Shown in pieces: positions 52,020-64,000 of a stretch of DNA of 64,000 bases; within the stretch, counting starts at the first letter, position 1, and each line of letters starts with the position of its first letter. The notes under the pieces were generated by a model. It was not told the DNA's origin, ran no database searches, and saw only the letters and a program-made list of their open reading frames with translations. The DNA lies in assembly GCA_030390025.1 (NCBI GenBank), contig CM059430.1:74772001-74836000 (forward strand). Direction: 5' to 3'. This stretch comes from Squalus acanthias. Its lineage: Eukaryota. A program made the position numbers and the translations under genes.

Positions 52020-55000
52020 TAGAATGGAGGGGCAACTACGACCCAATGCCTGTAATTTCTGCGCCAAGTGAAACTTCAGGACACTTCATGTGTCCCGGAA
52101 GCCTAGGTTTCGAGGAAATGTCTCCAACTGTTCGAACTCACGCTGAGGGTTTCTGATCTTGAGGGACAGATCTGTTCACTGCAGGGCATACAGGTGGCTG
52201 AATGTTTCCTAGATCGCAGGTTCCGCACAGACAGATAGAAGCCGGAGTATCAATATTTGTGGTCATCCGGAATGGGAGGAAGAGACAGGCAGTTCAGGAA
52301 TCCTCCGGGAGTGTGGCACACTCAAACCGATATTCAGCATTGATTACCGAAGAGATTGACTGCAGAGACAGGTACATCAAAGTGTAGGAATGCAGTAGTA
52401 ATTCTGGATTCGATAGTCCGGGGTACAGACAGTCTGTTCTCCTACCGTCGATGTGAACCCGTATGGTGCATTCCCTCCCTGGTGCCAGTATAAGGAACTT
52501 CACTGAGAGGGTACAGAAAATTATGTGTGGCAAGGAGAAGATCCATAAGTCGCGTTCGATGTTGGAACCAACGACATTGGAAGGAAAAGGTTTGAGGTCC
52601 TGCAGTGAGAGTTTAAGGATCTAGGCAGGAAGTTAAAACGCAGTAACTCAAAGGTGTAATCTCTGGATGACTCCCAGTGCCATTCCCTAGTGAGAGTAGA
52701 AATAGGAGGATATGATAAGTTAATATGTGGTTAGAGGCATGTTGTAGATTGGAGTGTTTCAGATTCCTGGGGCATTGGGGTCAGTTCTGTTGCAGTAGGG
52801 ACATGGGACATGTTCAAGATCGACGGGTTCCACCTGAACAGAGCTGGGACCAACAACCCTGCGGGCAAGTTAGCTCGTCCTTTGGGAGAGGGTTTATACT
52901 AATTCGACAGGGGGATGGGCGCAACAATGTATTATTAAAAAAATAAACTTTTTGCAAAGAGGACTCGGAGAGACAGTTAGAGTTAGAAATAATAAAGAAT
53001 TAGGTGGAATGACAGAAAATACAATTAGTTCTAAGTTAGTTTCGGAGTGCATGCATGCAAATGCACGAATTTTGCTAATAACGTTGGTAAGCTGCAATAT
53101 GATATAATGGCTATAACAGAGACCTGGCACAAAAATTAAGGACTGGATGCTTAATATTGTCGGGTACAAGGTATTCAGAAAGGATAGAGAAGGAAAAAAT
53201 GAGGAGCGCAAGTATTGATTAAGAAACATATGACAGATCTAGACAGAGAAAATTTCCTTGAGGGGTAAAAGACAGAATTTATTTGGTTGGAGTTTAGAAA
53301 CAGTAAGGGAGATATTGCGCTACTTTGTGTATTATATAGGCCACCAAATGGTCGGAAGGATTTAGCGGAACAGAATTGCAAATAAATTATGGAAAGCTGC
53401 AAGAACTGTATAGTAGTGATAATGGGAGACTTTAGATACCCGACATTGAATGGGCTTTTATTTTGTTAAGGGCAGAGAAGGGGAGCAATTTCTCAGGTGT
53501 GTTCAGGATAACTTTTTTGATCTGTATATTTCCTGCCCAATGAGGAATCTAATCCTGGGGAATGAATTGTGTCAAGTAGAGAATGTCACAGACGGGGAGC
53601 ATTTCTGGTTTATTTATTAAAGTATCGTAAGGTTTATAGAAGGACAAGAAGCAATTTAGAATACAACGGGAGGTGGGTTAATTTCAGAGAATTGAGGAGG
53701 AATCTGGACCAGGTAAATTGGAGTCAAAGATAGGCAGACATAATTGTAATTGAGCAATGGCTGACCTTTAAATTGGAGATAGTTCGGTTACATTCCCGGT
53801 ACATTCCCACAAGGGGAACAGGCAGGCTAACGTATCTCTGGATGACGAAGGAGTTAGCGAGTAGAATGAAGTAGAAAATATGGGCGTATGCCAGTTGTCA
53901 ACTTCAAAATGCAAGGGAGAATCAGGATGAATATAAAAAGTACAGAGGGAAATAAGAGGGGCCAAGAGGTTGTACGAGCTTAGATTGATTGCTCACATAA
54001 AAGGGAATCCAAAAGTCTCCCATATTATATCATAGTAACTGTAAAATGCTTGTCATCGGAGTTGTGGGGCCGATATAAGACTACTATGGGAATCTATTGG
54101 TGGAGACAGAAGGCATGGCAGAGGTACTAACTGTGTACTTTGCATTGGTGATAACCAAGGAAGAGGACTTTGCCAAAGCTACGGTAAACTAGGAGCTTGT
54201 CGGCATATGGGATACGATAAAAATAGATAAAGAGGAGGTACTACGAAGGCTGCTGGAAATGAAAGTAGATAACTCACCTGGTCAGCAGGGGATACAGCCT
54301 AGGTAGCTGAGGAAAATAAGGGAAAAACTTGTGGAGGTGCTGGCCACAATCTTTCAATCCTCCTTAGATACAATGGTAGTGCCAAAGGATTGCAAATGTT
54401 ACACCCTTATTTCAAAAAGGGGAGAACAATAAACCTGGCAAATACAGGACAGTCACTTTAACGTCGGCGAAGGGAAAGCTTTTAGAAACAATAATCCAAT
54501 GGAAATTAACATCCGCTTGGACACGCATGGACTAATAAAGTAGAGCCAGCTCAGTTTTGTTCACGGAAAATCGTGTTTAACTAAATTGTGTTTTTTGATG
54601 AGGGAACAGAGAGGGTAGATGAGGGCATTGCAGTTGATGTTGTGTCGATGGACTTTCAAAAGGCGTTTGCTTATGTACCATATATTAGGCTTCTTAGCAA
54701 AATTGAAACCCATTGGATAAAAGGGGCATTAGCAGCATGGATACAAAATTGCCTCAGGTATAGAAAACAGAGAATTATGATGAATGTCTGTTTTTCAGAC
54801 GAGACGGAGTTATACAGGGGAGTTCCACAAGGTTCAGTACTAAGATCACTGCTGTTTTTGATATACATTAATGAATTCAACTTTAGGGTACAGGGCACAA
54901 TGTCGAAATTTGCAGATGACACGAAACTTGGGAGTGTATTAAACAGTGAGGAAGGTAGTAATTAACTTAAATATGAAATAGTCAGGCTGGTGGAATGGGT

Positions 55001-55830
55001 GGACACAAGGCAGATGAAATTCAATGCAGAGATGTGCGAGATGATACATTTTGATAGGAAGCACGAGGAGAGACAATACATATTCAATAATAAAATGTTA
55101 AAGGGGGTGCAAGAAGAGATGGAAATGGGGGTGTTCATTCACAAATCTCTGAAGGTGGCAGATAGGGTATAAAAAAGCAGTTACTAAAGCATGTGCGTCC
55201 TAGGCTTTATAAATAGAGGCACAGACTGCAAAAGGTAGCAAGTTCTGCTAAAAGTATATACAACACTAGTTCTGCCCCAGCTGGAGTATTGTGTCTAATT
55301 CTGGGCACCACACTTTAGGAAGGACTTGAATGCTTGTGATAGCATACAGACGAGTTTTACTGGAATGGTTCCAGCCATGCAGAATTCCTGTTATGTTGAT
55401 AGATAGAGACGCTGGGGTTGTTCTCCTTGGAGCAGAGAAGGCTAACAGGAGATTTGATAGAGGTGTTTAAAATCATGAACTGATTAGATAAAGTAAATAA
55501 CGTGAAACGCGTTGCAATGGCTGAAGGATCGCTAATGGGAGGGCACATACATAATGTGATTAGCAAGAGAAGCAGAGGCGACATGAGGAAAAGCTTTTTT
55601 AAGCAACGAGGGGTAAAGATTTAGAATGCACTGCCTGATAGGGCGGTGGATACAGATTCAATCTTAGCCTTCAAAATGGAATGAGATACACACTTGAAGG
55701 AGAAAAAAATGCATTGATATTGGGAATGAGCGGGAAGTGGGCCGTACTCTATTGCTCTTCGAAACATTCTGAGCAGTCAATGGGCCAAATGGCCCCTTTC
55801 TGTGCTGTACTATTCCATCATTCTATGACA
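52020..55830 (+). mobile_element. Near full-length decayed CR1 (ORF1 to 3' tail)
   Basis: ORF1 zinc finger/esterase remnants, endonuclease remnants, DFQKAF...GVPQGSVL...FADDTKLG, TTCTATGA tail. Confidence 0.9.
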
Positions 55831-56479
55831 CGAAAAGCGTTGTATAAACACATTTTGTTCGTCTTAAATCAAATACAATGGTGGTTGAAGAAGAAAAAAG
55901 CTCATCATGTAGGAAAGCAATAGCACACTCGTCAATCCTGACGTAAAAACCTCTCAGTTATTCTGCACGACTTAGAACATAAAACCAATAATTCAAGAGG
56001 ACAAACCGCTGGGAATCTCCAAGCTGTCACATCCTGAAAAGCCACGGGCTCATCTAATTTGAATAGGATACCAAAATAGAACATTTACATGTCAGAGCAA
56101 TACATTTTGATCAGAACAGTGCGAAGAGGTGGACTTCGAAGAAAAAGTGTCAGGGACGAGACAGCCTGAAATTGTTCAGGAAGATGTATAAAATCCTATA
56201 GCAGTAATAGAAGAAGAACAGATGACTGTACCAGTGCTCCGATCAACAATTTTCCTTCAGGCAACATCAAAAAAAGCGAGTTTCTCGTAATCCTGATTGT
56301 TAGCCCAATTAATTTCACTGACCTTATCTGAGATGGATTGCATTGCCAACACCACCTGTTCAGCAGAAAGCAGGGTCTTCCCCAGTTCATGCATCAGGTC
56401 ACCGCTTTGGTCATTTTATCTGTTTAGTAGTCCCTTCAACTGCTTTCGCGTGACTTCATAACGTTCCCACATACTCTTT

Positions 56480-57246
56480 GGACCGGAAAATCGGGTCGGA
56501 GGCTTCCCGCGGGTGCAAGCCCACAACCTGCACTAACCTAGCGCGCCTGCCGTTGTGTTCTCGGCCCGCGTGGAATTCCATCCTGGGCCTCCTCCAGCTG
56601 CCGGTGTGCAGTGCTTGCATATCCCAGGGGCACAGTTAGTTCGAAGCGTCCCCTGGGATCACGTGGGCCATGGAGAGCCAATCGAAGCAGGGGATCTCCA
56701 TTCACAGATTTGACAGGAAGTCCTGTCAAATCTATGAATACAGATCGGCCCCAAAACCTAAATAAAACTTCAAATATTTTTTTTAAAAAAACATCACATT
56801 TTTAAAATAACTATAAATTACATAAAATAACTATTTCAAAAAATAATTTAAATTTTCGAAAAAAATAATGACAGTTTTTACCGGGGCTAAAAATTACCTT
56901 ACCTTTCTTTAAAGTATTTAAAAATAATAAACCTGTGGAATTTTTTTTTTAATTTTACTTTATTCACCACTTACCTTGTTAAAAGCAGGCCTTGCACCTG
57001 CTTTTTCCCCGCGCAGCTGCCAGGGACTTACAATCACTCCAAAACCTGTAAAAAAAAAACGCAACTTCGCTGCATGCGCGCTGCCTCTCCGTAGAACGCG
57101 GTTGACCCTCGAAGCCCTTCTTTCACGAGAACGGAAGTTCCGGTTTCCGGTGCATGCGTAGTACATGCACGAAACCGGCAATTCCGGTGGCCCTACGGAT
57201 GAGTACACAGCGCGTACTCACCCATGGAGACCCGAATATTTGCCCC
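56480..57246 (-). mobile_element. Non-autonomous TIR element, copy D (inverted relative to B)
   Basis: TIRs GGACCGGAAAATCGGGTC / GACCCGAATATTTGCCCC; hairpin ATTCACAGATTTGACAGGA-AG-TCCTGTCAAATCTATGAAT; core CTGGGATCACGTGGG. Confidence 0.75.
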
Positions 57247-57963
57247 ATTTTTCTACTCAATTCATTCCTGCCACGGCAGCCGTAGCCCTTATCCCTAACA
57301 GGTAGACTAAGCAACTTCCCTTCCGAGTCTTTATTCCCTCACCTTTATCCAAGTCATGACTTCGCCTGTCCTTTCTTTGGTTTCTTGCCTTTGAGCCCTC
57401 TGCCAACGCCTTTAAAATGAGATAAAACAAGTTAAGATAATTATCATTGCACAATCCGTCGGGTATATAAAAAACTCTTAAGTTGAAAACAACCGGTACA
57501 ATTTCGAAGCAGACGTTACTATATAGCACATTTCCTGACTCAATTATTTCTATTCCATTAACATTTGGGGTCTTTTGTTGGGTGGACAAATGCAGTTAGT
57601 CCCTTGATTTCCCAGAATCCCCTTCAATTCCTTTCTTTTTTTCATCATTACCGTTATGATATTGTCTCCCGATGGCTGTTTTATCGCCGTTATGCTACAT
57701 CCAACTCCTTTATCAGTGTTGGCGCTGTTCCATTGACAAAATCGTGGCTAATTCAATGTTTGACTCAGAGTTAAACTGTCCTTACTATTTTTTATCCTTT
57801 TACTTCCCACATAGGGCATTCCCATTTCGCCAGCTGCTTTCTTATTTGGCATGGTGAACCGTTTTATTGGCGAATTTGGGTTAGTTCCATTTATATTGGT
57901 GCAAACACATTTCAACTGCACTCCAAACTCTTTTTATTTCCCGCACATCCTTCTCTAGTTGGC

Positions 57964-58975
57964 CATAAGAACATAAGAACATAATAAATAAGAGCAGGAG
58001 TAGGCCATATGGCCCCTCGAGCCTTCTCTGCCATTCAATGAGATCATGGCCGATCTGATCTTGGCCTCAACTGTACTTACATGTCGGCTCCAAATACCCT
58101 TGACTCCCTTTTCGTTCAAAATCTGTCTATCTCCACCTTAAATATATTCAATGACACGGCCTCCACAGATCTCTGGGGTAGAGAATTCCACAGGTTCACG
58201 ATCCTCTGAGAGATAAAATTCCTCCTCATCTTCGCTTTAATGGGCGACATTTTATTCTGAAACTTTGTCCCTTATTTCTAGATTCCCCCACGAGAGTAAA
58301 AATCCTCCATGCATCTACCTTGTCAAGCCCTCTCAGCATCTTATATGTTTCAATAAGGTCACCTCTCATTCTTCTAAACTCCAATGAGTAAAGGCCCAAC
58401 CCGCTCAACCTTTCTTGATAAGTCAACCCCTTTATCTCAGGAGCCTACCTAATTAACCTTCTCTGAACGGCCTCCAAGGCAAGTATATCCCTCCTTAACT
58501 AAGGAGACCAAAACTGTACGCGATCCATCAGGTGTGGTCTCACCAATACCCTGTAAAGTTGCAGCAGGACTTCCCCACTTTTATACTCCATCCCCCTTGC
58601 AATAAATGCCAGCATTCCATTTGACTTCCTAATTACTTGCTGTACCTGCATGATAACTTCTTATGTTTCATGTACAAGGACCCTCAGATCCCTCTGTGCT
58701 GCAGCATTTTGTAATCACTCTACATTTAAATAACAATGTTGTTCCCTACCAATGTGGATAACATAACATTTTCCCACATTATACGCCATCTGCCAATTTT
58801 TTGCCCACTCACTTAATCTATCTATATCCCTTTGCAGATTCTTTGTGTCCTCTTCACAACTTGAATTCCCACATATCTTTGCATCATCAGCAAATCTGGC
58901 TACATTACACAAGGTCCTTTCATCCACATCATTAATATAGATTGTAAATAGTTGAGGCCCCAGCACTGATCCTCT
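57964..58975 (-). mobile_element. 5'-truncated CR1
   Basis: (CATAAGAA)n tail; YQERLSGLGLYSLEFRRMRGDLIE and GSVLGPQLF...FADD. Confidence 0.92.
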
Positions 58976-60829
58976 GCCCGTGAACATGCACCTGGATGCT
59001 AAAGTCTTCCTGGTAAAGACATCCACCAAAACCCTCAGGGCAACAACACTCCATAATATGGCTCTGGTTTTGTTGTTAGATTTCAATCAGCTCTTCAAAT
59101 CAAGCAGCGTATGCGATTAGCAATCCAATTTTTTCTAAATTAAGTTTGTCATAGGATGTAACTATTTAATTTGAAAACATCTATCAACTCTTTTGCCAGT
59201 TTTATCAGAAAACCGGATTAGATATGCAGCTGAACAGGCCCTGTACACAATCGGAAAGGGCATTTCCAATTTTGTTGAAATCAACCCGTCATAGCCTGAT
59301 ACGATGTCACTCCTATTGTGGAATGTGGAGAGGACCGACTAGCCATCAACAGAGTGGCAACATGTTGGTTCACTAATTCTAAGTTATTAACATGCCCATT
59401 AAGTCGTCTAAGCATATGTCTCAAGCAACACATCATGATACAGACAAAGAAAATCTTAATGCATTTTACAGAAAACTACAATTTACCATATCATAAATAA
59501 ATAATAGACTTAATAGATTCCCCAGGTCTCCCTTTACTCGTATCCATCTTGTGGATAATTATTACAAAGTATCATTTGCCCCTAGCTCTCAATTTTCCCA
59601 ATCCAAATTCTATGTTGCTGTTTACTTTAATTTCAATTTCAATCCCTCTGACAGATACCAGTGTGTTTAACTCTATCCTGATTGTTTCAAAGTCGGTTTC
59701 TCTATAGAGTATGTGATAGTGCCTTAATGATTAAAACGTTATCACTCTCTCCTGAGCCACTTTAAGCTTTTATGTTGTGCTGTTGTCAAGTAACTGAGCA
59801 TGTCTGAGACACTTCTTCAGTTCAAATTCTAGTTGCCTCACAAGTAGCAAATCACATTTACACACACACACACTAGTATCGCAATATCATGCCACACATG
59901 TCATCCAATACAAGCCATTTTGGGGCTTTAAGGTTATCTTATCAAAATATCGTGGGGTTGTCTGGAGTTCTTTGCTCATCTTCCCCTGCATGGTCCCGAT
60001 GTATTGGGTATTTTTCCGGCTATCAAATGCATTTTCTTAAGAAGTTCATCGGCAAGGACACAAACCTGTCCAATTTAAAATTAGCAAGTTACTATTCTCA
60101 TCTGCACATTCCTGACTGTCACTAGAATGTACATTGATACCTAGTTGATCTATTTCAGTGAATTGCGCTTAGATGATTTATTCCAATTTACCTAAGAAAA
60201 ATTATTTCGAGAAAAATCCCATTTTGTCGTGTAATGAAACATTTCTTGTTTCTCTCTGACATCCTTAGTGGGTTAGTCCAATTAAGTAACATGATATCTC
60301 ATTCATGAGCTCTGAATGAACTTCACTGCAGAGTACAATATTCTCTTAATAGCTTTAAGGCATAGATCAATTATTCCCCCTTGGTTCTAGTTATTAACAC
60401 GTTGTGTTTGTTTATTCTTAATTTTAGAGAAAATTTTATTTCCCCAAAATAACATGCTGTAATGATTCTGAGTTCATGTTATCAGCTCAAAATGACACCA
60501 ACTCCAAACAGTATTGTTGGACTGACAGGTTTTGTCAAGGTTTAATTTTATTTCCCCGAAAATTATTATTTTAGGAACCATCTAGTCTGCACTGCTCACC
60601 TTGAAAATGAAAATTTGACTATCCCCTTAAACTACAAGTAAAGCCTCCCTTCTCGAGGGCTTGAAATTGCAACTCATCTCAATTTACATTTAGGAATTCC
60701 AATTTCAGAAACAGGTGATGCGCAGGCTTGGTTGTTTTACATGTTGGTTTAACATTAGAAACAGTTGTGCTTGCAATTTTAGTTTAGCTTTATATGAATA
60801 TATCGGCTCCTCACCCACCAGCTTAAACA

Positions 60830-61220
60830 TCCATCCACTCCATCACTAGCACAGAGTTGCTGCAGTGCATCCTGTCTACAGGATGCACTGCAGCAACTCA
60901 CCAAGGCTTCTTCGGCAGCACCTCCCAAACCCGTGACCACCAACACCAAAAAAGGCAGCAGGTTTATGGGACACCATGATCTCCTAGTTCTGCTCCCAGT
61001 CACATGCACTCCTGAATTGAAAATACATCTCTGTTCCTCAAAGTCGCTGTGTTAGATATCTTGAATTCCCTACCTAACAATATTGTGGGAGTACGTTCAT
61101 CCCAATTATGGACTACAATGCTTCAAGAAGAACGCCCATCCCCAATTACTCAAGGCCAACTAGGGATGGGCAAGAACTGCTGGCCTTCCTAACGAAGCCG
61201 GTACCCCAAAGAATAATATA
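60830..61220 (+). mobile_element. Second LINE family 3' end
   Basis: GATGCACTGCAGCAACTCACCAAGGCTTCTTCGGCAGCA is nearly identical to 12296-12333. Confidence 0.8.
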
Positions 61221-61369
61221 AAAATATGTAAAGATGGAACTGCACCTGAAGTTCGTGGTGCTTGTCAGTTTTGAAAAAGTGTAGCTTATTAAGAAGAAAC
61301 AGAACTGTTGTAATATCCACAAGTCCAGGAGAAGTGAACTAATGAAAAGGACATTAAACAAATTATGCG

Positions 61370-61712
61370 ATCCATTCTGTTTCTCTAAACTCAGCTTTTC
61401 TTTATTTACTTGGCCATTGCCACGCCCTTTTGCATTGCACCATCATCACTTTTGTTGTTTAAAGCCTTCCTGTTTTCCACCCTATTGCAGAACTTCCCTT
61501 TTGGTCATTTCTCCCACCCCACTTTTCCCTAAATCTGTACTTACTTAAAACCTGTTACATCTCCAAGTTTTTCCAGTTCTGATGAAAGGTCATCGACCGG
61601 AAACGTTAAATCTGTTTGTCTCTCCAAAGATGCTGCCTGACCTGCTGTGTATTTCCATCATTTTCTGTTTTTTGGTTCTAGATTTCCAGCATCAGCAGTA
61701 TTTTGCTTTTGA
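61370..61712 (+). mobile_element. Penelope-type terminal repeat fragment with a degenerate hammerhead motif (61575-61611)
   Basis: AGTT-CTGATGA-A-AGGTC(ATC)GACCG-GAA-ACGT-T-AAAT: intact core, single mismatches in stems I and II. Followed by GATGCTGCCTGACCTGCTG, a sequence I recall as a common elasmobranch repeat tail. Confidence 0.65.
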
Positions 61713-62148
61713 AGCTCTCTTGTTCCTTTTGACGTCAGTTTGCTCCTAGTCGCAAATGCTTCTCCTGATGCGACCTCCCCTTTATTTTGCCACAGCAAAT
61801 TAATTTCTGCAACAGCATCCAGTTTTCATCCTCATATTCAATTCCGCCCAAAAGCTGAACGGCTGTCAGCGGAAGCGCACTACTTAGTAAATAACTGTTT
61901 CTTATCCCGTAAATTATTTGGTTGAGCTGCGGAGATACTGGGTAGGCGGAGTGGAATACCCGATGCACCTCCGACCGAATGGGGCTTCGGCAAACTTCAC
62001 CCTACGCACTTCAATAAGCGCGTCATTTGACAGCTCCGATGCCTCCTTTTGATATTGCGTGTCATTTTATGACAGATTATGCACAAACCATTTTTTTTCA
62101 AATGACCGTGTTTATTCACAGAAAAGACGGCGATTTGTATTGTTCAAT

Positions 62149-62203
62149 ATGTCTGTGTGCGCTGTAGTTCTGGTCATATGGGTCCTCGGGATTATTTACA
62201 CAG
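62149..62203 (+). CDS. IgSF receptor gene C leader exon MSVCAVVLVIWVLGIIYT
   Basis: ATG at 62149, 55 nt, hydrophobic, phase-1 donor ACAG|GTATTT; homologous to the leaders of genes A and B. Confidence 0.88.
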
Positions 62204-62327
62204 GTATTTTCTGCTCTTTCTCTGTTTTTCTCTGCTCTCCCTCTCCTACTTTTTACATCCTGTTAATTGTATCTCCCTCATTCTTACTTCGAGTTGTCTT
62301 TAAAATTATCGTTTTGTTTCCTGACAG

Positions 62328-62648
62328 TTGATATTGACGCTCAGTTCCGAGTCTCCCAAGCTCCTGAAAGCAGGAGCTTGCTCTTGGGTTCAAACATCAC
62401 CTTCTATTGTACATTCCCCATTTTTCAAAATAACTCTGATGTGAGTGTTTATTGGTGGAAACTTGGCGAAAATAAATTTCTGCAAACAGCCTCCGACAAC
62501 AGGAAAACATTTATCCTTTTTAAGCAAGGGGGAGCCTCCTTTCATCTCCTGAATATCAGTGCGTGGGACTCTGGGGTCTATTACTGCGGAGTGAGAAACC
62601 TGGGAAGCAGGATTGTAAACGGAACAGGCTCAACAATCAAAGTCTCCG
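62328..62648 (+). CDS. IgSF receptor gene C VJ-type Ig exon (intact; remaining exons presumably beyond the window)
   Basis: Acceptor TTTCCTGACAG, donor CCG|GTGAGT. Encodes VSQAP...ITFYC...VYWW...DSGVYYC...NGTGSTIKVS, in frame with the leader and free of stops. Confidence 0.93.
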
Positions 62649-63739
62649 GTGAGTGAAACTGTGGAGCCGAATGAGTTGCAACACAGCGATGCGTGGTGTT
62701 CTTGTTAGAATATTACTCTAATGATGCATCACCAAACTACACATTCAATCCATGCTACTTAATGGTAAAGCATAGTTTAACTGAAGCGGCCCCTTGAATT
62801 ATATTTCCCTTTTTTCTATTTTAACTGTGTTATATACTCACTTGTATCACCGATTGATTGAGTAACTTTATTGATGCCAAAGTGTGAAAGAAGAAGTTTG
62901 CTCCAAACGCATGCTAACAGTGTTGCTACAATCATTTCAAATCGTTTCTCCAGCTCTTAGATCGATACGCATTGATTTACTTTAATGCGCCCTATACAGT
63001 TCGAATATCTGCTCCTAATTTATCTTGAGCACCAATAGTTTTCATATCTGTTTCCAGATTTATATAAGAATATAAAATAAAATTGGTCGATTCTGCTTCT
63101 TCCCCCGTCAGTAAATATTTACTCAATTATTTGACTAAAAACGCGGGGGACAACATTTTGTAATGATAGTGCTGCGCTGTCTCGTTTGTTTCAATCTCTT
63201 ATTCAAATCTGAATTCTGCATACAAACACATTTTAAAAACACACCGAGCACTTTCAATTGCGAATTGTTAATGTGACTTCCAATACACCTTCCATATTAT
63301 CAGTGTGCTATTCCCGTGTTATGTTTCGGAATTAACACAGCAGTATCCAGGTAACCCACACTTGCTCAGACTGAAATTTACTAAAACATAACATATGGTC
63401 TACATGTTTTCTTTCAATATATTTATGTTCCCAAACTACAAATCAGCCGTCTTAGATGATGATCTGTTTCAAATTCTGCAAAACAAATCTCTTCGCTTTT
63501 TAAAAAAAAAATGTTACCGAATAATAATTTGTGCATTTCACAAAACCTTTTTAACTGACACAAAACTAGAGTTGTTTAGCTTGAAATAAAAATAGTTTTT
63601 TTTGGAGGAGGACAGGATTAGATTTCAAGGTTCGCTCTGCAGTATGTTTTGTCCTATTAAATACTAAACTATTTTTCTGATGCTTTAAAATATTTGAATT
63701 GGCGATTTATTTACAAAAATCTAACTTCAAAAGTTAAAG

Positions 63740-63845
63740 AATGATACAGCACAGAAGGAGAACATTTTGCTCATCGTGCCTGCGCCGGCTCTTTGAAAGA
63801 GCTATCTGAAGGCTCAATCCCCTGCTCTTTCCCCATAGCCCTACA
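63740..63845 (-). mobile_element. Short CR1 3' UTR fragment
   Basis: TACAGCACAGAAGGAG...CCCTGCTCTTTCCCCATAGCCCT matches the CR1 3' ends at 510-610 and 49445-49535. Confidence 0.7.
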
Positions 63846-64000
63846 ATATATTGCTAGAAGCTGCCATAGAAGTAAAACATTCAATTATTTCCGAAATATT
63901 TGGGGTAATTAATTTTTAGATAAAATTTCGCTGCAGTCATTCAAAACTAAGATACATTAATAGCATCCTATTGAAGGGCTCCAAATAAAGAGAAAATAAT

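Noticed and set aside
62682-62720. CACAGCG heptamer-like sequence after the gene C V exon
   Set aside because: It is intronic, lies after the J-like strand and splice donor, and has no nonamer at 12 or 23 bp.
1-64000. Prokaryote-type systems (CRISPR arrays, operons) and rRNA/tRNA genes
   Set aside because: The sequence is intron-containing vertebrate DNA; no regularly spaced repeat-spacer array or structural RNA gene was seen.

Overview
Vertebrate genomic DNA, very probably from a cartilaginous fish (shark-type CR1 LINEs and Penelope-type repeats; inferred from recalled repeat sequences, not a database search). More than half of the window is decayed retroelements: many CR1 copies, a second CR1/L2-type family, two Penelope-type terminal fragments carrying minimal hammerhead ribozyme motifs, a hairpin-rich TIR (MITE-like) family and a possible solo LTR. 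Between the repeats lie three paralogous immunoglobulin-superfamily receptor genes. All three have a leader exon and a germline-joined VJ-type exon; genes A and B also have C1-set and transmembrane (TM) exons. Gene A (minus, 21999-25591) has an Arg-containing TM and a short tail, but carries a 1-nt leader deletion and a stop codon in C1. Gene B (minus, 41595-44146) has an uncharged TM and stop codons in V and TM. Gene C (plus, from 62149) has intact leader and V exons and presumably continues past the window edge. The V domains are compact (57-58 residues between the cysteines, little room for CDR2), have no RSS, and have an 11-residue CDR3-like loop ending in (N/Q)GxGS. The best candidate for a novel system is therefore a non-rearranging, antigen-receptor-like VJ-C1 paired receptor family undergoing birth-and-death evolution. 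Exon coordinates were read by eye from GT-AG sites; repeat boundaries are approximate.
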